From: an uncultured Acidobacteriota bacterium
Lineage (GTDB): Bacteria; Acidobacteriota; Vicinamibacteria; Fen-336
Reading direction: 5' to 3'
Length of the DNA: 64,000 nt
Assembly: GCA_963740655.1 (NCBI GenBank)
Contig: CAVUFF010000002.1
Location: 17,790 to 81,789 of the forward strand
A program made the position numbers and the translations under genes. Position 1 is the stretch's first letter. Each line of letters starts with the position of its first letter. The notes below the pieces were generated by a model, which was given only the letters and a program-made list of their open reading frames with translations, was not told the DNA's origin and ran no database searches. Of the stretch, positions 26,290-33,077 are shown piece by piece.

Positions 26290-26784
26290 GTGCGTGAGCT
26301 GATCGGGTCGCTCGAGCGCGAGTACCGTCGCTACAAGGCTTACGCGGAGGCGACCTTCGACCAGCTGTCGGACGAGCAGCTCGCCCACGTCCCGGCCGCC
26401 GAGGGGAACTCCGTGGCGGTGCTCGTGTGGCACGTCTCCGGCAACCTCAAGTCGCGCTTCACGGAGTTCCTGACGACGGACGGCGAGAAGCCGTGGCGCC
26501 AGCGCGAGTCCGAGTTCGACGAGCGGCGCGTGAGCCAGACGGAGCTGCGAGCGAAGTGGGACGAAGGCTGGGGCGTGCTGTTCGCCGCGCTCGGATCGCT
26601 CGCGGACGCCGACCTCGCGAAGACGGTCGCGATCCGGGGAGAGTCGATGCCCGTCCACGAGGCGCTGCACCGCTCGCTGGCGCATACCTCCTCGCACGTC
26701 GGGCAGATCGTGTTGCTGGGCAAGACGCTGCGCGGGGCAGGCTGGCGGACGCTCACCATCCCGCGCGCCGCGCGGCCCGGCTGA
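26290..26784 (+). CDS. DinB-family / DUF1572 protein
   Basis: ..NSVAVLVWHVSGNLKSRFTEFLTTDGEKPWRQRESEF...HRSLAHTSSHVGQIVLLGK. Confidence 0.7.
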   Translation: MRELIGSLEREYRRYKAYAEATFDQLSDEQLAHVPAAEGNSVAVLVWHVSGNLKSRFTEFLTTDGEKPWRQRESEFDERRVSQTELRAKWDEGWGVLFAALGSLADADLAKTVAIRGESMPVHEALHRSLAHTSSHVGQIVLLGKTLRGAGWRTLTIPRAARPG

Positions 26785-26805
26785 CGGGTGCTGCACGGGG
26801 GAGGA

Positions 26806-26958
26806 ATGACGAACGCTCCGGCGAACGCCGCCGCGGCACGGCGGCTGGAAACCGTCCTGAATCACATCCGGCTCGAGAACCGCCACGACCTCGCGGGCGT
26901 GATGGAGACGTTCCGCATCGCCTCGGCGTGGCTTCGCGGCGGCTCGGGCCGCCGATGA
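26806..26958 (+). pseudogene. 50-aa ORF resembling the N-terminus of a SnoaL-like cyclase (fragment?)
   Basis: MTNAPANAAAARRLETVLNHIRLENRHDLAGVMETF.. ATGA overlap with the next gene. Confidence 0.3.
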
Positions 26959-27344
26959 GCATCCGCGTCGTGCGGCTCGGCAGCCCGCGGGGCGCGGACG
27001 AAGGGCTGCGCATCGGGACCGTGCGGCGGCCGCCGCGCGGCGTGCCGAAGGCCGAGCACGCCGCGCGCGACTTCTACGACGTGTGGCTGCCCGAGCTGGC
27101 GCCGTCCGAAGCGCTCGTGACGCAGGCGCTGCGCGCGTCCGACGAGCGCTCGTGGCGCGCCTTCGAGCGCCGCTATCGCGGCGAGATGAAGCGGCCGGAA
27201 GCGAGCCGGCTGCTCGACCTGCTGGCGGCGCTCTCGCACCGGACGCCGCTCGCGGTCGGCTGCTACTGCGCGGACGAGTCGCGCTGCCACCGCTCGGTGC
27301 TGCGCGCGCTGCTGCGCGAGCACGGCGCGCGCGTGGCGCCCTGA
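26955..27344 (+). CDS. DUF488 family protein
   Basis: MSIRVVRLGSPRGADEGLRIGTVRRPPRGVPKAEHAARDFYDVWLPELAPS...LAVGCYCADESRCHRSVL. Confidence 0.75.
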   Translation: MSIRVVRLGSPRGADEGLRIGTVRRPPRGVPKAEHAARDFYDVWLPELAPSEALVTQALRASDERSWRAFERRYRGEMKRPEASRLLDLLAALSHRTPLAVGCYCADESRCHRSVLRALLREHGARVAP

Positions 27345-27357
27345 CGCGGGTCGCGCG

Positions 27358-27960
27358 ATGAAGCCCGTGATCCGCACGGCCTCGGCGGAAGACGCCCCGG
27401 CCATCGCCGCGATCTATCGGCCCTTCTGCGAAGCCACGACCGTCTCGTTCGAAAACGAGGCACCCTCCGCGAGAGAGATGGCCGAGCGGATCCGCACGAC
27501 GGGCGAGCGCTTCCCGTGGCTGGTGCTGGACGACGGCGGGACCCTCGCGGGCTACGCCTACGCGAGCCGCCACCGCGAGCGTGCGGCCTACGGCTGGTCG
27601 GCCGACGTCACGGTCTACGTCGCTCCCACGCACCTTCGGCAGGGCGTGGGGCGGGCGCTCTACACGTCGCTCCTCGAGCTGCTGCGGCTCGCCGGCTACT
27701 ACAAGGTCCACGCCGGAGTCACGCTGCCGAACCCGTCGAGCGTCGGGCTGCACGAGGCCATGGGCTTCGAGCTCGTCGGCGTCTACAAGGGCGTGGGCTA
27801 CAAGCTCGGTGCGTGGCGCGACGTGGCGCACTACCAGCGCGCGCTCCAGCCCGAGCAGCCGGAGCCGGCGCCGCCGCGGCCGCCGTCCGCGCTCGCCGGC
27901 TCGCCGGAGTGGAGCGCTGCGCTTGCGCTGGGAGCGCAGCTCTATCGGGGCGGGGCCTGA
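27358..27960 (+). CDS. GNAT acetyltransferase, phosphinothricin-N-acetyltransferase (PAT)-like
   Basis: MKPVIRTASAEDAPAIAAIYRPFCEATTVSFENEAPSAREMAERI....YAYASRHRERAAYGWSADVTVYVAP...GVGRALYTSLLELL. Confidence 0.75.
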   Translation: MKPVIRTASAEDAPAIAAIYRPFCEATTVSFENEAPSAREMAERIRTTGERFPWLVLDDGGTLAGYAYASRHRERAAYGWSADVTVYVAPTHLRQGVGRALYTSLLELLRLAGYYKVHAGVTLPNPSSVGLHEAMGFELVGVYKGVGYKLGAWRDVAHYQRALQPEQPEPAPPRPPSALAGSPEWSAALALGAQLYRGGA

Positions 27961-28469
27961 GGAACGGTCGAGCGCAGCGCGCGGAAGATCACGAGGTGCC
28001 CGGCGAGGGCCGCGAGCACCATCACCGCCGGCAGCCAGACGTAGGGCGCGTACGCGACGAAGCCGCTCAGCTGGTCGGGGCCGAAGTAGCGCAGGCGGGG
28101 CGTCGAGAGGATCGCGACCGCCACGACGTTAGCGAGCAGCGCGAGACCCATCAGGTTCCACGCCGCGACCAGCCGCCGCGCGCCGCCCGAGTGCGCGATC
28201 GCGGGGACGGGGAGCGCGGTCGCGCCGGCGAAGTTGCGGCCGGAGTAGCTCATCTGCCACGGCATGATGCCGCGCAGATAGAGTGCGTGCATGGCGAGCT
28301 CGAGCGGCAGGCGGAAGGCCTGGGCGAGGACGAGCGCCCAGAGCGGCACGAAGCGCGCGAGGCGGTCGCCGAGCGGCGAGAACGCGAGGACGAGCGCGAG
28401 CGCGAGCGTGGCGGCGATCAGGAGGGCGAAGGGCGGCGGCGACCGCCGGGTCGGAATAGTCGGCAGCAT
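27942..28469 (-). CDS. Hypothetical membrane protein
   Basis: 175-aa ORF with multiple hydrophobic helices. The only minus-strand gene in this block. Confidence 0.55.
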   Translation of the reverse strand: MLPTIPTRRSPPPFALLIAATLALALVLAFSPLGDRLARFVPLWALVLAQAFRLPLELAMHALYLRGIMPWQMSYSGRNFAGATALPVPAIAHSGGARRLVAAWNLMGLALLANVVAVAILSTPRLRYFGPDQLSGFVAYAPYVWLPAVMVLAALAGHLVIFRALRSTVPQAPPR

Positions 28470-28471
28470 CC

Positions 28472-28867
28472 ATGGCGCCCGATTCTAGCGGCTGGGATAC
28501 GATCGGCCGCGTGGACACGAAAGCGCCGATCAAGCCCGTCGTGACGGTCGCCGACGTGGAGAAGCTCGACGTCCGCGTCGGAACCATCCTGGCCGTGGAC
28601 GACCTGCCCAAGTCGTCGAAGCTCGTCAGGCTGACGGTGGACTTCGGCGACCACACCCGCACGATCCTGGCCGGGATCAAGGCCGAGCGGAGCGACCCGC
28701 AGGAGATTCGCGGGCGCCAGGCGCTCTTCGTCGTGAACCTCGAGCCGAAGCGGATGGCGGGCGAGGTGTCCGAGGGCATGTTGTTCGACATCGGCTTCGC
28801 CGACGGGATCGAGCCCGCGCTCGCCGTGCCGGAGCGGCCGGTGCCGAACGGCGTCCGCGCCGGCTGA
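28472..28867 (+). CDS. tRNA-binding (CsaA/EMAP-like OB-fold) domain protein
   Basis: ..LDVRVGTILAVDDLPKSSKLVRLTVDFGDHTRTILAGIKAE...ALFVVNLEPKRMAGEVSEGMLFD. Confidence 0.75.
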   Translation: MAPDSSGWDTIGRVDTKAPIKPVVTVADVEKLDVRVGTILAVDDLPKSSKLVRLTVDFGDHTRTILAGIKAERSDPQEIRGRQALFVVNLEPKRMAGEVSEGMLFDIGFADGIEPALAVPERPVPNGVRAG

Positions 28868-28938
28868 GGGAGCCCCCGGCTCGCGCGACGCTGCGGGCGA
28901 TAGAATCGCCGGCAGGGGCACGCGGGGAAGGAGCCGCC

Positions 28939-29304
28939 GTGGCGACGCCGGAGAAGGTGAACCTCGCCGAGAAGCTCGGCCGCATCGGAGAGCACTGGAG
29001 CCCGAAGGCGATCGGAGCGGTCAACGACTTCCACGTCAAGCTCGTGAAGCTGCAGGGCGAGTTCGTGTGGCACTCGCACGAGGTCGAGGACGAGCTGTTC
29101 CTGGTGCTGAAGGGCCGGCTGCGCATGCAGTTCCGGGACCGCGAGGTGGTCGTGGAGCCCGGCGAGCTGATCGTGGTCCCGCACGGCACCGAGCACCGCC
29201 CGGTGGGCGACGACGAGGTCCACGTGCTGCTGCTGGAGCCCGCGACGACCGTGAACACCGGCACGGCCGGCGGCGAGCGCACGCGCGCCGTCGAGTGGAT
29301 CTGA
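28939..29304 (+). CDS. Cupin domain protein
   Basis: ..FHVKLVKLQGEFVWHSHEVEDELFLVLKGRLRMQFRDREVVVEPGELIVVPHGTEHRP. Confidence 0.75.
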   Translation: MATPEKVNLAEKLGRIGEHWSPKAIGAVNDFHVKLVKLQGEFVWHSHEVEDELFLVLKGRLRMQFRDREVVVEPGELIVVPHGTEHRPVGDDEVHVLLLEPATTVNTGTAGGERTRAVEWI

Positions 29305-29314
29305 CGGGCCGCCG

Positions 29315-29692
29315 ATGGCGGGCACGGCCCGCGGCACCACCTGGCAGCGGCTGTGCGCGGACGCCGCGCGCCTGCCGGGCGTCGAGACCGGGACGAGCTA
29401 CGCGACGCCGGCGCTCTTCGTGCGCAAGAAGCTGCTGGCGCGGCTACGCGAGGACGGCGAGAGCGTCGCGCTGCGGATCGACCTCATGGACCGCGACGTG
29501 CTCCTCGAGGCGGACCCGACGGCGTTCTTCCTGACGGATCACTACCGGCCGCATCCCTGGGTGCTCATGCGGCTCGCCGCCGTGCGCCACGCGAGCGCGC
29601 TCGAGCTGCTGGAGAGCGCGTGGCGCGCGGCCGCGCCGCGGAGGCTCGTCGCCGGGCTCGGCTCGCCGCGCCGCCCGAGCGGCCGGCGCTAG
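29315..29692 (+). CDS. MmcQ/YjbR-family protein
   Basis: ..LPGVETGTSYATPALFVRKKLLARLREDGESVALRID..DHYRPHPWVLMRL. Confidence 0.55.
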   Translation: MAGTARGTTWQRLCADAARLPGVETGTSYATPALFVRKKLLARLREDGESVALRIDLMDRDVLLEADPTAFFLTDHYRPHPWVLMRLAAVRHASALELLESAWRAAAPRRLVAGLGSPRRPSGRR

Positions 29693-29706
29693 GGAAGGAC
29701 GCGAGC

Positions 29707-30106
29707 GTGAAGCGTCCGGCGCCCACGCGCCTGCCGCTGGGGCCGGAGCGCGTCGAGACGGAGCGGCTGGTGCTGCGCCGGCCGCGTCGCGGCGACGCGC
29801 AGGCGATCTTCGACCGCTACGCGAGCGATCCGGAGGTGGCGCGCGACCACGGGCTACGTGCTCGCTCGCGACGCCTGGGGCCAGGGCTACGCGACCAAGG
29901 CGCTGCGAGCGATCGTGGAGGTGGCGCGCGGCGCAGGCGCGCTGCGGCTGCAGGCGTTCTGCCATCCTGATCACGCCGCGTCCAGGCGCGTGCTCGAGAA
30001 GGCCGGCTTCGCTCGCGAGGGGACGTTGCGCCGCTACGCCGAGTTCCCGAACCTGAGCCCTGGCGAGCTGCTCGACGTGGTGTGCTTCGCCGTCGTGCTG
30101 GGGTGA
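29707..30106 (+). pseudogene. GNAT (RimJ-like) acetyltransferase with internal deletion plus frameshift (~29845-29855)
   Basis: VETERLVLRRPRRGDAQAIFDRYASDPEVAR is joined out of frame to GYVLARDAWGQGYATKALRAIVE...FCHPDHAASRRVLEKAGFAREGTLRRY. About 60 expected residues are missing. Confidence 0.6.
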
Positions 30107-30696
30107 GGGCGGGCATCGCCCGACGGCGCGTTCTCGGCGAGGCGTGCCAGGTAGCGGTGAAGCGCACGCGAGCGCGTGAGCTCGGGATGGAAGGTGGCGG
30201 CCACGACCCTGCCCTGGCGCACCAGCACTGGCTCGCCCGCGTGGCGCGCCAGCACCTCGACCTCGGGGAAGAGCGCGCGGAAACGCGGGGCGCGGATGAA
30301 GACGGCGTCGAGCGATCCGCCGAGAGCCGGCGCCTCGATCCGCGCCTCGAACGAGTCGACCTGGCGGCCGAAGGCGTTGCGCTCGATCACAGCGTCCAGG
30401 AGCGCGAGGCTCGGCTGGCGCGGGCGCACCTCGCGCGACAGCAGGATCGCGCCGGCACAGGTGCCCGCGAGCATGCCGCCCCGCGCGTGGAGCGCGCGCA
30501 GCGCCTCGAACCACGGCTCGTCGCGCATCAGGTTGAGGAGCGTCGTGCTCTCGCCGCCCGGGATCACGAGCCCGGCGAGGCCCTGCAGCTCGGCCACGCG
30601 GCGCACCTCGCGTGCGGGCACGCCGACGTCGGCGAACGCCGCCTTGTGCGCGGCGAAGTCGCCCTGGAGCGCCAGGACGCCGAGCGTGCCGGCCAT
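30034..30696 (-). CDS. pdxT: Pyridoxal 5'-phosphate synthase glutaminase subunit PdxT
   Basis: [21 protein letters not shown]...LVIPGGESTT...GTCAGAILL...ERNAFGRQVDSFE...ATFHPELT. ATGA overlap with pdxS. Confidence 0.9.
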   Translation of the reverse strand: MAGTLGVLALQGDFAAHKAAFADVGVPAREVRRVAELQGLAGLVIPGGESTTLLNLMRDEPWFEALRALHARGGMLAGTCAGAILLSREVRPRQPSLALLDAVIERNAFGRQVDSFEARIEAPALGGSLDAVFIRAPRFRALFPEVEVLARHAGEPVLVRQGRVVAATFHPELTRSRALHRYLARLAENAPSGDARPHPSTTAKHTTSSSSPGLRFGNSA

Positions 30697-31586
30697 CACC
30701 AGCCCCGGGTCGCGAGCCTCTCGCCCTCGGGGATCTGCGGGATCTCGAGGCCGGCCATCGCCTCGCCGAGGCCGCGCGAAACCTCGGCCACGACCTTGGC
30801 GTCCTGCCAGTGCGTGGTCGCGCGGACCACGGCCTTGGCGCGCGGCGCCGGGTCCTTCGACTTGAAGATGCCCGAGCCGACGAACACCGACTCGGCGCCG
30901 AGCGCCATCATGAGCGCCGCGTCCGCCGGTGTCGCGATGCCGCCGGCGGCGAAGTTCGGCACCGGCAGCTTGCCGGTCTCGGCCACGAGGCGCACGAGCT
31001 CGTAAGGCGCGCCGAGCGTCTTCGCCTCCGCCATGCGCTCCTCGGGCTGGAGCAGCGTGAGACGGCGAATGCCGGACTGGACCGCGCGCATGTGGCGCAC
31101 GGCCTCGACCACGTTGCCGGTGCCGGCCTCGCCCTTGGTGCGCACGAGCGCCGCGCCCTCGCCGATCCGGCGCAGCGCCTCGCCGAGGTCGCGGCAGCCG
31201 CACACGAACGGGACCTTGAACGCCAGCTTGTCGACGTGGTGCGCGTCGTCGGCGGGCGTCAGCACCTCGCTCTCGTCGATGAAGTCGACGCCGAGCGCCT
31301 CGAGCACGCGCGCCTCGGCGAAGTGGCCGATGCGGCACTTCGCCATCACCGGGATCGAGACGGTGTCCATGATGCGCGTGACGACCTCGGGGTCGGCCAT
31401 GCGCGCGACGCCGCCGTCCCTGCGGATGTCGGCGGGAACGCGCTCGAGCGCCATCACGGCCACGGCGCCGGCGTCCTCGGCGATCCGCGCCTGCTCCGGG
31501 GTCGTCACGTCCATGATCACGCCGCCCTTCAGCATCTCGGCGAGGCCGGTCTTCAGCGTCAGCGTGCCCGTCTTCTTCTCGTCCAT
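30696..31586 (-). CDS. pdxS: Pyridoxal 5'-phosphate synthase lyase subunit PdxS
   Basis: ..[48 protein letters not shown]...[12 protein letters not shown]...[19 protein letters not shown]. Confidence 0.95.
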   Translation of the reverse strand: MDEKKTGTLTLKTGLAEMLKGGVIMDVTTPEQARIAEDAGAVAVMALERVPADIRRDGGVARMADPEVVTRIMDTVSIPVMAKCRIGHFAEARVLEALGVDFIDESEVLTPADDAHHVDKLAFKVPFVCGCRDLGEALRRIGEGAALVRTKGEAGTGNVVEAVRHMRAVQSGIRRLTLLQPEERMAEAKTLGAPYELVRLVAETGKLPVPNFAAGGIATPADAALMMALGAESVFVGSGIFKSKDPAPRAKAVVRATTHWQDAKVVAEVSRGLGEAMAGLEIPQIPEGERLATRGW

Positions 31587-31610
31587 CCGCGTGCTCCTGG
31601 CTCCAGTCGA

Positions 31611-31624
31611 TTGTATCGATACAA
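31611..31624. promoter_or_regulatory. Perfect 14-bp palindrome TTGTATCGATACAA in the AT-rich pdxS / MocR-regulator divergent intergenic region (candidate operator)
   Basis: Seen directly. It lies 25 bp upstream of the pdxS start in a 111-bp, locally low-GC spacer. Confidence 0.4.
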
Positions 31625-31697
31625 GAACTTCGAATTGGATCAGCTACTTGCCAATTTAGAACTGGTCGATCTGGGTGTCAACCGCTATATTGTCCCC

Positions 31698-33077
31698 ATG
31701 ACAATCTGGCGCCCCCGCCTGGAAGGCCGAAAGGGGCCTCGCTACCTCGCGATCGTCGCGGCGCTCGCGGACGACTTCGCGGCGGGGGAGCTGCAGCAGG
31801 GCGCGCGGCTGCCCACGCACCGGGACCTGGCCGACGCGCTCGGCGTCACGGTCGGGACCGTGAGCCGGGCGTACGCCGAGGCCGCGCGGCGCGGCTTGAT
31901 TTCCGGCGAGGTGGGGCGGGGCACGTTCGTGCGCCGTCCCGCCGCGGAGGCCGAGGCGGAGGACGGCGAGCTCGCCGACCTGAGCCAGAACCACCCGCCC
32001 GAGCCCCGGTCGCGCCCGCAGCGAGCGGCGCTCGTGTCGGCGCTCGGGAGGCTCACGGCGAGCGGCGACGTCGGCCGGCTGCTCGACTATCCCGCGGCGG
32101 GCGGCGGAGCCCTCGACCGCGAAGCGGGCGCGTCGTGGATCGCGCGCTCGGGCCTGCGCGTGGCGCCCGAGGAGGTGCTCGTCTGCACCGGCAGCCAGCA
32201 CGGCCTCACGATCGTGCTCGCGACGCTGCTCGAGCCGGGGGACGTGCTGCTCACCGAGTCGCTCACCTACGCGGGGCTCCAGCCGGTCGCGGGCCTGCTG
32301 CGGCTGCGGCTGCGGGGCCTCGCGATCGACGGCCACGGCCTGCGCCCCGACGCGCTTGAGGAGGCGTGCCGCGAGGGCGGGGCGAAGGCGCTCTACCTGA
32401 TCCCCACGCTCCACAACCCCACGACGGCCGTGATGCCGCTCGCGCGGCGGCGCCAGATCGCGGACATCGCGCGCCTTTACGGGCTGCGGGTCGTGGAGGA
32501 CGACGTGCACGGGCTCGTCCCGTCCGAGCGGCCCGCGCCGATCGCGACGCTCCTGCCCGAGCGCTCGTACTACCTGACGAGCACCTCGAAGACGCTCGCC
32601 CCCGGCCTGCGCATCGCCTACGTCGCGGCGCCACCCGCCGACGTGCCGCGGCTCGCCGCCAGCCTGCGCGCGACCACCTGGGCGGTCGCGCCGCTCACGG
32701 CGGCCGTCGCCTCGCACTGGATCCGCGAAGGCACGGCGGATGCGATCGTGGCGGCGCGCCGCGCGGAGGCGCGCGAGCGCCAGGCGCTCGCCCGCGAGCG
32801 GCTCTCTGGCTTCGACTTCGACTCGCAGCCGGAGGCCTACTACCTCTGGCTCCGGCTGCCCGCGCCGTGGCGCGGCGAGAGCTTCGCCGCGGAGGCGCGC
32901 GCGCGCGGCGTGCTGGTGACGCCGGCCGAGGCGTTCACGGTCGATCGCGCGCAGCCGCCGCACGCCGTGCGGATCTGCATAGGCGCCGCCCGCTCGCGCG
33001 GCACGCTCGCGCGCGGGCTCGACACCGTGGCGGCGCTGCTGCGGGACGGCGCGGCGTCCGGCCGGGCCGTCGTCTAG
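31698..33077 (+). CDS. pdxR: MocR-type GntR regulator with aminotransferase-like domain (PdxR-like by context)
   Basis: N-terminal wHTH ..RLPTHRDLADALGVTVGTVSRAYAEA.., C-terminal fold-type I domain ..YLIPTLHNPTTAVM...YYLTSTSKTLAPGLRIAY. Divergent from pdxST. Confidence 0.75.
   Translation: MTIWRPRLEGRKGPRYLAIVAALADDFAAGELQQGARLPTHRDLADALGVTVGTVSRAYAEAARRGLISGEVGRGTFVRRPAAEAEAEDGELADLSQNHPPEPRSRPQRAALVSALGRLTASGDVGRLLDYPAAGGGALDREAGASWIARSGLRVAPEEVLVCTGSQHGLTIVLATLLEPGDVLLTESLTYAGLQPVAGLLRLRLRGLAIDGHGLRPDALEEACREGGAKALYLIPTLHNPTTAVMPLARRRQIADIARLYGLRVVEDDVHGLVPSERPAPIATLLPERSYYLTSTSKTLAPGLRIAYVAAPPADVPRLAASLRATTWAVAPLTAAVASHWIREGTADAIVAARRAEARERQALARERLSGFDFDSQPEAYYLWLRLPAPWRGESFAAEARARGVLVTPAEAFTVDRAQPPHAVRICIGAARSRGTLARGLDTVAALLRDGAASGRAVV

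Noticed and set aside
19681-30106. I searched the intergenic gaps of the small-gene block for attC remnants.
   Set aside because: No RYYYAAC...GTTRRRY palindromes were found, and no similarity to the class A/B/C arms. Gaps are very short or are start/stop overlaps. The fossil-array idea is therefore kept only as a low-interest hypothesis.
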